Shown: positions 17,911-26,950 of the stretch, piece after piece
How positions within the stretch are numbered: the stretch's first letter is position 1
Layout of the letters: every line of letters starts with the position of its first letter
Assembly: GCA_012727435.1 (NCBI GenBank)
Contig: JAAYHB010000011.1
Coordinates: 3,010 to 67,009 of the forward strand
DNA from: Clostridiales bacterium
GTDB lineage: Bacteria; Bacillota; Clostridia; Oscillospirales; CAG-272
Length of the DNA: 64,000 nt
Direction: 5' to 3'
Position numbers and translations under genes: made by a program
The notes under the pieces: generated by a model
Told to the model about the DNA's origin: nothing
Databases searched by the model: none
Seen by the model: only the letters and a program-made list of their open reading frames with translations

Positions 17911-19731
17911 TCAGTCTCCGATCGGCAGCCAGACAACCATGTCGGTTTCTCCGCGGTTTTCCATTGCAAAATAAGGAATCAGGTGAATCCGGCAGCGAAT
18001 ACCTCTGTCTGTGAGGTCGGGGTAGGGATTATCACCCTCTGCTCTGAGATATCCGTTGGCGCTTATGGTCGGAATCCCGAATTCGGCACAACTGCCTTCT
18101 TTAAAATCAGGCATGCGCGAAATCGTGCAGGCAAAAACCTTATTTTCATTGTCTATCCCCTCGGCGCAGTAAACCAACGGTCCGCGCATTACCGCCGCTT
18201 TCCCGGCACAATCGGCATTGCGGGGATCTGCCGATACAAGGCGTGCAGGCATATCAAAATTAAGTGACACTGTTTCGGGATTATCGAAAACAAGGCATCT
18301 GTTTTCTTCTCTTGTGGGCGTATCGGTTATATATGACCTGCACCATGCCGGAACCCGCACCGAAAGCCGCTTTACACCCTGACAGGTGATTTTTACTTTC
18401 CCCGAAACCGGAAAGTCTGTTTTCATAGTTACCGACCATTCGCTTGTCTTGGCTTCACAGTCAGCAAATTGCCAGATTGAAATACTTCGGTCCATGTCAT
18501 GAGTCATTATGTATTTTTCGACAGAAGGCAAAAGCCTGCAGATATTGGGGGGGCAGCAGGAACAACTGAATATTTCCGATCGGGCAATGCTCGGGAACCG
18601 GTCGCGTTTTGTCGTTGAGGTATTGCGGTAGCGGTCGGAGACCCGGAATTCGAGCGGATTCTCATAAAAGAATTTTGAGCCGTCAAGTGAAATACCCGAA
18701 AGAATACCGTTATACAACTCCCTCTCGATAGTGTCTGCATATTCTGCCGCGTTTTCGGGGTCAAGCTTCATCATCCAAAAACAGAAAAACACCATCCCGA
18801 CAGATGCGCAGGTTTCTGCATACGCGGTTCTGTTGGGAAGGTCGTACGGCAGGGTGAACGCCTCTCCTACCGGAGTAGACCCCAGCCCCCCGGTTACGTA
18901 CATTTTCCGCCGGGTTATATCCCGATACAGGTCAATACAGGCTGTCTTTAGTTTTTCATCACCCGTGACAATCGCCGCATCGGCCATCGCAGAGTAAAGA
19001 TAGGTTGCACGGACGGCGTGACCTACCGCTTCGCGCTGCTCTCGAACGGGCAGGTGGGACTGATTATAAGCCCGGTTCTCGGTCTGCTCTGCAAAGTCAA
19101 TTTCATTGTTGCCCCTCATTTCGAGGAAATATAAGGCGAGCCTGAGATACTTTTCGTTTTTTGACGCGTAATACATCCTGAACAATGCCAGCTCGATTTC
19201 TTCATGTCCCGGCGTGAGAAAGGCCGCCGATTTTTCAATCCGGAAGACCCTGTCGATAAGGTCGGCGTATTTCTCCATAATAGAAATAAACCGGGTTGAG
19301 CCGGTCAGTTCATAATAGGCAACAGCCGCCTCCATCAGATGCCCTGCACAATAAAGCTCATGCTTTGAGCGGTGCGTGTAGCGCTTTTGGGGTTCAACCC
19401 GCTGGAAATACAGGTTGAAATAGCCGTCCTCTGCCTGATAACGCTCAATATGGTCAATCAGAGTCTCAACCTTACCCTGCAGCTGATGGTCGGGGTGCTT
19501 TATCAACTGGTAGCAGGCGCCTTCCATCCACTTTGCAACGTCCGAGTCCCAGAATATATGAGGCGGCCGGTTTTCCGGGTAAGGTGTGCTGAAATCAAAT
19601 GCTCCGATTCTTCCGCTTGCGAGAAACTGCGAGTAAACCGACGGGATTGTTATTTCTTTGCACATCTGCTGTTTCTGAGCCCAGAATCCGCCTTTGATGG
19701 CAATGTCGGAAAGTAAGATTTCTTTTCGCAT
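17911..19731 (-). CDS. Glycoside hydrolase family 127 (beta-L-arabinofuranosidase-like)
   Basis: WDSDVAKW, HELYCAGH, GHEEIE, GHAVR, ETC, CCPPN motifs. Confidence 0.93.
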   Translation of the reverse strand: MRKEILLSDIAIKGGFWAQKQQMCKEITIPSVYSQFLASGRIGAFDFSTPYPENRPPHIFWDSDVAKWMEGACYQLIKHPDHQLQGKVETLIDHIERYQAEDGYFNLYFQRVEPQKRYTHRSKHELYCAGHLMEAAVAYYELTGSTRFISIMEKYADLIDRVFRIEKSAAFLTPGHEEIELALFRMYYASKNEKYLRLALYFLEMRGNNEIDFAEQTENRAYNQSHLPVREQREAVGHAVRATYLYSAMADAAIVTGDEKLKTACIDLYRDITRRKMYVTGGLGSTPVGEAFTLPYDLPNRTAYAETCASVGMVFFCFWMMKLDPENAAEYADTIERELYNGILSGISLDGSKFFYENPLEFRVSDRYRNTSTTKRDRFPSIARSEIFSCSCCPPNICRLLPSVEKYIMTHDMDRSISIWQFADCEAKTSEWSVTMKTDFPVSGKVKITCQGVKRLSVRVPAWCRSYITDTPTREENRCLVFDNPETVSLNFDMPARLVSADPRNADCAGKAAVMRGPLVYCAEGIDNENKVFACTISRMPDFKEGSCAEFGIPTISANGYLRAEGDNPYPDLTDRGIRCRIHLIPYFAMENRGETDMVVWLPIGD

Positions 19732-19784
19732 TTCTTTCCCCTTCGAATTGATTTATGCCTGAGGGTGGAGCAACAAAACTGACT

Positions 19785-20552
19785 TTATACTTCAATTACT
19801 TCGATTCCGAGCAGGCCGAGCTTTGAGACCAGCTCGTTTTTTTCGCTTTTGTTGGTGACGATTACATCGGCCGCGGTGACCGGTGCCACCTTGACGAAGG
19901 TGCTGCGCCCGAGCTTTGAGCTGTCGGCTGCTATTATGACCGTGTCGCTGTTCTCAATCATGGTGCGGACAAGCTCAGCCTCGTTTGCGTAATAAAGCGT
20001 CAGCCCAGACACCGGGTCGATTCCGTCTAATGACAGGATAGACTTGATGGCATGATAGCGCTTTAGCTGCGAGACGGCATCGGTGCCGTAGGTGAACTGA
20101 TATTTGCTGTCAATCTGCCCACCGAGGAGAATGACATTCATGTTTTGGTATGATGCCGCCTCGGTTGCGTTTGTGATTGAATTTGTGATGATGCTTATAT
20201 TCTTTTTGCCGACAATCGCGCGCAGCACATAAGTCAGTGTTGTCCCGGCATTGAGAAAGAGGGTGTCGTTGTCCTCGACTATGTTGCAGATGGCCTCGGC
20301 TATGGCCTTTTTTTGGGCCGCATTTGACATGTAACGCTCGGTGATGTCCATGTCTATATATAGCTTGTCGAGCCCCACCGCTCCGCCGTGGTTCCGGCGG
20401 CAGTGTCCTCCGGCTTCAAGCATCTCAAGGTCGGCGCGTATGGTTACTTCTGAAGTGTCGAAAAGGCGCGCTAGCTCCCGGACGCGAACGCTCCCCTCCC
20501 TGCGGATTATTTCTATTATTTTTTCCCGTCTTTCTTCTGCCGAACCCGCCAT
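19785..20552 (-). CDS. DeoR/GlpR-family transcriptional regulator
   Basis: SEVTIRADL HTH, RNHGGA, LNAGTT, ADSSK motifs. Confidence 0.95.
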   Translation of the reverse strand: MAGSAEERREKIIEIIRREGSVRVRELARLFDTSEVTIRADLEMLEAGGHCRRNHGGAVGLDKLYIDMDITERYMSNAAQKKAIAEAICNIVEDNDTLFLNAGTTLTYVLRAIVGKKNISIITNSITNATEAASYQNMNVILLGGQIDSKYQFTYGTDAVSQLKRYHAIKSILSLDGIDPVSGLTLYYANEAELVRTMIENSDTVIIAADSSKLGRSTFVKVAPVTAADVIVTNKSEKNELVSKLGLLGIEVIEV

Positions 20553-20704
20553 ACCGGACCTCCGTTTTTTACATTAATTATACTACACAACAATATGAAA
20601 TGCAATATCTCCAGTTATGAGGATGGTTAACGGAAGATATAAACAAAAACAAATTTTGGTTTTTGTGCAACATGATGAAAAATGTGCTTATTACAGCGAA
20701 TCAA

Positions 20705-20733
20705 TTGACATATTGCCAAGGGTATGTTACAAT
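20705..20733 (+). promoter_or_regulatory. sigmaA promoter of the sugar kinase operon
   Basis: TTGACA-17-TACAAT with TG extended -10. Confidence 0.7.
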
Positions 20734-20809
20734 ACAGCCAACAATTCGTAATTAATAAGCAATAATAACGAAAGCAAACGAAAGGATGCGCAGGAATCCG
20801 GGTGCCAAA

Positions 20810-22235
20810 ATGAATTTTATCGGGATTGATCTCGGAACAACATCAATAAAGGCTGCCGTCTTTGACGAGACCGGCAGGCGGCTGGCGCTTCGCTCGGTCG
20901 AATATACCCTTGATACCGGCACACCTGGGTTTGTCGAATTTCCGGCCGGGTGGTATGTGGACATCCGCCGGGAGCTTATCGACTCGCTTGCGGCAGAGTA
21001 TCCGGTCGCAGCGCTCGCGGTTGATTCTCAGGGTGAGACACTCGTTCTTGCTGACGGGGAAGGGACCCCGCTTTGCCCCGCGGTGAACTGGACCGATATA
21101 CGCGCGGTTACCGAGGCGGGGATGATTGAAGAGAAATTCGGGCGCCGGAGAGTTTATGAGGTTACGGGGCAGCCAGAAATAACCGGCGGCTGGCCTGCAT
21201 CAAAGCTCCTTTGGTTCGGGCGAAACCGCCCCGACATCTTCTCGCGCACAAAAAAAATTTTCTTGCTTGAAGACTGGATAATATACAAACTCTGCGGTGC
21301 CTTTGTCAGCGAGCCGACCCTGCAGTCCTCAACGATATATTTCGATATCCGCCGACGATGTTGGTGGGATGAAATGCTTGATTTTATCGGCGTGTCGCGC
21401 TCCATGCTGCCCGAGATTGTCCCCTGCGGCAGCATTGTAGGCAAATACAACGGGATTCTGGTCGTGACCGGCGCGCTCGACCAGATTGCAGGTTCTTTGG
21501 GGGGCCGGGGTCGTGTCGCTGGGGAACCTTAGCGAGATGACCGGTACAATAATGGCTATCTGCGCGCCCTGTTCGGAAATTCCCGCGTACAATCCAAATA
21601 GCATTATTCCTTGCCACCTGCACGCTCTTGACGGTATGTATTGCCGCCTTCTCTGGTCCTCGGCGGCGGGAGCAGCGTACAAGTGGTTCAGAGACGAATT
21701 CTGCCCGGGTCTGTCCTACGGCGAGCTTGACGAAATGGCCTCGGCCGTGCCGCCGGGCTGCGAAGGGCTGACCTTTCTGCCTCACCTTTTCGGGTCTGTC
21801 ATACCGGTGAACAACCCGGCTGCAAGAGGGGCGTTTTACGGGATTACCACAGCGCACACAAGGGCGCATTTTGTGCGGGCAATACTTGAATCGGTGGCCT
21901 TCATGCTCAAAAGCTACCTTGATTACATAGGTTTTGCAGGAGAAGGAGAGCTGCGGATAACCGGCGGAGGCGCCAATGGTACGCTCTGGCCGCAGATAAA
22001 GGCTGACGTGACGGGATACAGGCTGGCTTCGCTCAGCGAGAGCGAATGTGCATGCCTTGGTGCCGCGATGCTCGCCGGGCTTGGCACCGGTGCCTACGGT
22101 TCACTCAAGGAGGCCGCCGCGGGAGCGGTTAAGGTCAAGAGGGTGTTTGAGCCGTCGGGTGTTGACTATGATATGGCATACAAGGCCTTTATTGAACTTG
22201 ATAAAAAACTGAATTGGGGGTGCTTGCATGGCTAG
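20810..22235 (+). pseudogene. FGGY-family carbohydrate kinase, split by a +1 G in a G6 run (may be a sequencing error)
   Basis: GIDLGTTSIKA...GALDQ in ORF 20786..21532; LSEMTGT...ITGGGA...CLGAAMLAG in ORF 21486..22235. Removing one G at about 21499-21504 restores LGAGVVSLG. Confidence 0.88.
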
Positions 22236-23577
22236 AGCCGCATTTTTGGGTTTCGGGGAGGTCAATACTCCGCGGGAAGTTATAATCCGCAAGTGCCAAG
22301 CCGCCGAGGCCGCGCTGTTGTCCGAGGGGGTGGTGCTGGTCTCGTGCTATCCTATATCGGATGATTATGAGGAAAAGGACATAGCCAAGGCTCTTGCCGC
22401 CCTTGAAGGGCAGAGTTTTGATTCGATTGTCCTTTGTGTTGCCGGATGGATTCCCTCACACGCGGTGATAAAGATAATCGAGCATTACAGGCACCTGCCG
22501 GTAGTGCTCTGGGGGCTTGCCGGCTGGTACGAAGGCGACCGGTTGGTCACCACGGCCGATCAGGCGGGGACAACTGCGCTGCGCGGGGTGCTGGAGGAGC
22601 TCGGATATAAGTTTATTTATTGCTATGACATAGTCGGCCTACCGCCCTCGGCCCCGCGGGTGGCGGGGTTTTGCAAGGCGGCATCTGCCGCCGCAGAACT
22701 GAGGTTTGCAAGGGCGGGCATGGGTGGATACCGAGACATGCAGCTCTACGGCACTTTGTACGACGGTCTCTCTCTCAAGCGGGTGACCGGTGTTGAGATT
22801 GAGACCTTCGAGTTGCTCGAAGTCGAGCAGAGATATCGGGAAATTGCAGACACGCAAAAACGCGAGGTTATAGAGAGCCGCATAAAGAAATGGCGTTTCC
22901 TCTCGCCTGCCAAAGAGGAGTCGCTCATGAGGGCTGCCGGATATTATCTTGCGGTAAGGTCGATCGCCCTCGAGCGGAATTACTCGGCCATCTCGCTCAA
23001 GGATGTCGATGGCTTTAAAAAGCTGCTCGGTTTCCCGCCTGCGCCGGTATTCATGTTGCTCGCCGAGGACGGGTACTGCACTATCCCCGAGAACGATTCG
23101 CTCGGCTGCGTCACGCAGATAATGATGAAGGCGCTGACCGGTCAGCCGGCGGCTTACCTTGAGTTTTACGAGTTTTTCGCCGACCGGGTGCTTGCCGGAG
23201 TGCCGGATTTCGTCCCGCCCGGGGTGGTGGATGGCGAGATAACCGTCATGCCCGCCACCTTCGGAGAGCTTGCCGAGGGGATCCTGAACGTTTCAAAGGT
23301 AAAGCCGGGCAGGCTGACCATGAGCCGGCTGGTCTGCTCCCACGGCAAATACAGAATGCAGGTTTTGTCCGGAGAGGGAGTTGCTCCGCGGAAATGGGAG
23401 GAATGCGGTTGGACACAGCCGGCCCCGCAGCTTCCCGGGCTCGAGATAATTCTCCCCGACGTGCCGGCATTCGCCTCGGTAGTCGCCAGCCAGCATTATA
23501 TCATCACCTACGGCGACAACCGGCCTGCCATACGCGACCTTTGCCGCATTCTGGATATTGAAGTTGAAGAAATTTAG
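22228..23577 (+). CDS. L-fucose/L-arabinose isomerase-like protein
   Basis: ISLKDVDG, PENDSLG, ASQHYIITYG motifs; overlaps the kinase stop. Confidence 0.75.
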   Translation: MARAAFLGFGEVNTPREVIIRKCQAAEAALLSEGVVLVSCYPISDDYEEKDIAKALAALEGQSFDSIVLCVAGWIPSHAVIKIIEHYRHLPVVLWGLAGWYEGDRLVTTADQAGTTALRGVLEELGYKFIYCYDIVGLPPSAPRVAGFCKAASAAAELRFARAGMGGYRDMQLYGTLYDGLSLKRVTGVEIETFELLEVEQRYREIADTQKREVIESRIKKWRFLSPAKEESLMRAAGYYLAVRSIALERNYSAISLKDVDGFKKLLGFPPAPVFMLLAEDGYCTIPENDSLGCVTQIMMKALTGQPAAYLEFYEFFADRVLAGVPDFVPPGVVDGEITVMPATFGELAEGILNVSKVKPGRLTMSRLVCSHGKYRMQVLSGEGVAPRKWEECGWTQPAPQLPGLEIILPDVPAFASVVASQHYIITYGDNRPAIRDLCRILDIEVEEI

Positions 23578-23601
23578 ATCAGCACAAAGGAGAAAATCAT
23601 C

Positions 23602-24228
23602 ATGGAATTCATAGTCTACCAGAAGGAACTTGAACTGCAGTCGCGCGGCTGGATACCCACCTTTCACGACATAACGCGCGAGGTGGTTGAAATAGTCAGA
23701 ATGTCGGGCGTGAAAAACGGAACAGTTACCGTTGCCTCGCATCATACCACCTGCTCGGTCATGGTTCAGGAGTGCTCGCATGACATCGATTCTTTCGATC
23801 TCGAATACCTGCAGCATGACCTGCTTGACATCATGCGCAAATTGGTTCCCGATTACCGCGAGGAGCCCCAGTACAGGCATCCCGGTCCGATACATGCACA
23901 ATTCGGGCGTTATGTCGGCGAGCCGGGCGATTTTACCAGCATGAACACAGACGCGCACCTGCGCTCGGTCTTTTTCGGCCGCAGTGAAACCATGACCATC
24001 AAGGACGGCGAGCTTGACGGCGGCGAGTTTGCACATATTTATTTTGTCGACTGGGATCAGGTACGTGCCCGCCGCAGGCAGGTAAACGTGACGGTCATGG
24101 GGACGACCGAAGATGTCGGCGACCGCAGGTGGAAGGACGGAAAGGTCATAGACACACTGCATAAATTCACCGACGAAGAGAAGGCGTACGACCCGCGGTT
24201 TGATTTTCAGCTGAAGGACAGAATTTAA
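23602..24228 (+). CDS. YjbQ (UPF0047) family protein with C-terminal extension
   Basis: HHTTCS, NTDAHLRS, DGEL.GG motifs. Confidence 0.85.
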   Translation: MEFIVYQKELELQSRGWIPTFHDITREVVEIVRMSGVKNGTVTVASHHTTCSVMVQECSHDIDSFDLEYLQHDLLDIMRKLVPDYREEPQYRHPGPIHAQFGRYVGEPGDFTSMNTDAHLRSVFFGRSETMTIKDGELDGGEFAHIYFVDWDQVRARRRQVNVTVMGTTEDVGDRRWKDGKVIDTLHKFTDEEKAYDPRFDFQLKDRI

Positions 24229-24233
24229 ACATT

Positions 24234-24845
24234 ATGAAGGAAGCTGCATTTGAAGCGGCACGCCGCTCGATTGAAAAAGAAGCGAAAACCGTCGCCGAAC
24301 TGCTTGATTATCTTGATAAAGAAGCATTCGGGGCTGCAGTCGAGCTGCTTAAAAATGCCGGGCGGGTCATGACAAGCGGCTGCGGTAATTCGGGAATCGC
24401 CGCGAAGAAGTTTGCACACTGCCTCTGCTGCATCGAGAAAAGCGCGGCCTTCATGCCGACCGGGGAAGCGGTGCACGGCGGGATGGGCTTTATTGGCAGG
24501 GGGGACGTTCTTGTTCTTGTCTCGCGCGGGGGCAAGACCGCCGAGCTTTTACCGATGGCCGAAATTGCCCGCAAGCGTGGTGCCGGCATCATTACCTTAA
24601 CCGAGAATGCCGCCTCGCCGCTGGCGGCCTTGTCGGACGTTGTGCTTCTCCTCAAAAACATTGAGGAGAGCGACCCCACCGGGCTTATGGCGACCTCAAG
24701 CTTTTTGGCGCCGGTGGCGCTCTTTGACGCACTGCTCTCGGCGCTGATAGTTGAGACCGGCTTTGCCGGCGGGAAATTCGGCCTGATTCACCCCGGCGGG
24801 GCGGTGGGAGAGAAGCTCAACGCTCGAAAACAGCGGCAAACCTGA
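24234..24845 (+). CDS. SIS-domain sugar-phosphate isomerase (KdsD/GutQ-like, no CBS domains)
   Basis: SGCGNSG, EAVHGGMG, SRGGKT, HPGGAVG motifs. Confidence 0.88.
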   Translation: MKEAAFEAARRSIEKEAKTVAELLDYLDKEAFGAAVELLKNAGRVMTSGCGNSGIAAKKFAHCLCCIEKSAAFMPTGEAVHGGMGFIGRGDVLVLVSRGGKTAELLPMAEIARKRGAGIITLTENAASPLAALSDVVLLLKNIEESDPTGLMATSSFLAPVALFDALLSALIVETGFAGGKFGLIHPGGAVGEKLNARKQRQT

Positions 24846-24894
24846 CTTCCTGATATTCAGGCGCAATTACTTTGAAAGTACATACGGAGACGAA

Positions 24895-25614
24895 ATGTAT
24901 AAGGACTACAGGATAAGCATACCCTTTTTTGAATTCGGGCCTAAGGCCTACCTTTACGGCGAGAGGTTGCTTGCTCTCGTTAAAGAAATAGACCGGCTGG
25001 CTCATAAGTATGATATGGACGTGATAGTTGACCCGCAAACCACCGATCTGCGTCTGATCGCCGAGAACACCTCGGAACGCATACATGTGTTTGCCCAGCA
25101 TATGGACGGAATCACCCCGGGGCCGGGAATGGGGACAATTCTCCCTGAGGCGGTAAAGGCCGCAGGCGCGGTCGGAGTAATACTTAACCATGCCGAAAAG
25201 AAACTGACAATTGACGAGATAGCCAAAATTATCAGGCGTGCAGACATGATCGGACTTGCCACAATGGTCTGTGCCGACACCGAGGAAGAAATCCGGGCGG
25301 TTGCCAGACTTGCCCCGAACATAATCGTTGCCGAGCCGAGCAGGCTTATCGGCACGGGGATTGCCGTGGGGCGAGAATACGCAGAGGCTTGCATGCGGAT
25401 TGTCGCCGAAATAAATCCCGACATACTCGTCTTTCCCTCGGCGGGAATTTCAAGCGGCCGGGACTGTGAGAATATAATACGTGCCGGCTCAGTCGCCGCG
25501 GGCTCGAGCAGTGCCATCTGCAAGGCGGCCGACCCCGTAGCGTTGGCCGAGGAAATGATGTCGGCTGTGCGGCGTACCTGGGATGAGATTCACAAAAAGA
25601 CGGTGAACAGATAA
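24895..25614 (+). CDS. Archaeal-type triosephosphate-isomerase homologue (probable sugar-phosphate isomerase)
   Basis: PKAY (Lys), LNHAE (His), AEP..LIGTG (Glu), SAGI motifs; located in a sugar operon. Confidence 0.85.
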   Translation: MYKDYRISIPFFEFGPKAYLYGERLLALVKEIDRLAHKYDMDVIVDPQTTDLRLIAENTSERIHVFAQHMDGITPGPGMGTILPEAVKAAGAVGVILNHAEKKLTIDEIAKIIRRADMIGLATMVCADTEEEIRAVARLAPNIIVAEPSRLIGTGIAVGREYAEACMRIVAEINPDILVFPSAGISSGRDCENIIRAGSVAAGSSSAICKAADPVALAEEMMSAVRRTWDEIHKKTVNR

Positions 25615-25650
25615 GCTCACATAAAAGAAAAACCGAAGGGAGTTGGTTTT

Positions 25651-26934
25651 ATGAAGGAAGTTTCAGTTGATTTTTCGCGTGTGGTCGGGAAAATCAAGCC
25701 TCTGCACGGGCTGAATGCCGGCCCCCGTAACGGTCCCCATGGCGTATACAATATGGATACCTATCGCGCGGCAGGAATCCCGTATGCCCGCCTGCATGAC
25801 ATCCTCTACCCGTATGGGGCGGGGCATTATGTAGATATTCCCTGCGTTTTTCCGGATTTTTATGCCGACCCCTCAAACCCCGAGAACTATGATTTCCAGC
25901 TTACCGACGATTATCTCAGAAATATAAATGACTGCGGTACAAAAATAATTTACCGTCTCGGTGTCAGCATCGAGCATTTCAGCAAGAAATACCATATATT
26001 CCCACCGGCCGACTATCTGCAGTGGTCGAAAATCTGCGCGGGGATAGTTCGCCACTATACTCAGGGCTGGGCCAACGGTTTTTATTACAAGGACATGATG
26101 TGGGAAATATGGAACGAGCCCGACGGCCACAAAAACATGTGGATAGGCACCGACGAGCAGTATTATGAACTGTATGTCACGGCGGCAAATTACTTGAAAT
26201 CCTGTTTTCCCGACATTGTGGTCGGCGGCCCGGCAGCCACAAGGTGCAATGACTTTGTGAGAAACTTCCTTGCCTATATCACAAAAGACGGCAAAAAAAC
26301 CCCGCTTGACTTCCTCTCGTGGCACCGCTATACCACCAACCCCGAGGAAATTGTCGCGCATGCAAAGCTTGCACGGCAGTGGCTCGACGAGTTCGGCTAT
26401 ACCGAGACACTCAACGTGGTAGACGAGTGGAATTATGTAATCAGCTGGGCTGAGGCCGATGTCACCGAATCCTACCGGGTTATCGAGTCGGCCAAGGGCG
26501 CGGCATACTATGCGGCGGTGGTCTGCGAGCTTCAGGCTGCCCCGGTGGATATCTCGGTTTACTATGGCGCCGAGGTGCACCAGCCCTGGTCGGGGCTCTT
26601 TAACAGATACGCGCAGCCCCTGAAGATGTATTATTCGGCATATGCCTTCAATCAGCTTTATATGCTCGGCGGCGAAGTTCAGGTTAACGGGCTGCCGCAG
26701 GGTTTACGCTGCATTGCCGCGACCGACGGTCTGACGGGCGGTCTCTTGCTGACAAACTACAATTCAGACCATCGGAAGGCTGTGCTGAAGCTTTACGGTG
26801 TGGCCGGCAAGCGGGCCGAAGTGCACCTCCTCGACACAACACACGATATGGAGAAAATCGACGATCTGCCGGCAGAAGAGAGCATAAACCTAAGCCTGCC
26901 CGAGGATTCGGTTGTCTGGATCCGGGTTTGCTGA
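25651..26934 (+). CDS. Glycoside hydrolase family 39 (clan A)
   Basis: ARLHD, WEIWNEPD, FLSWHRY, VDEWN motifs. Confidence 0.85.
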   Translation: MKEVSVDFSRVVGKIKPLHGLNAGPRNGPHGVYNMDTYRAAGIPYARLHDILYPYGAGHYVDIPCVFPDFYADPSNPENYDFQLTDDYLRNINDCGTKIIYRLGVSIEHFSKKYHIFPPADYLQWSKICAGIVRHYTQGWANGFYYKDMMWEIWNEPDGHKNMWIGTDEQYYELYVTAANYLKSCFPDIVVGGPAATRCNDFVRNFLAYITKDGKKTPLDFLSWHRYTTNPEEIVAHAKLARQWLDEFGYTETLNVVDEWNYVISWAEADVTESYRVIESAKGAAYYAAVVCELQAAPVDISVYYGAEVHQPWSGLFNRYAQPLKMYYSAYAFNQLYMLGGEVQVNGLPQGLRCIAATDGLTGGLLLTNYNSDHRKAVLKLYGVAGKRAEVHLLDTTHDMEKIDDLPAEESINLSLPEDSVVWIRVC

Positions 26935-26950
26935 GTGCGGGAGTTTTGTA

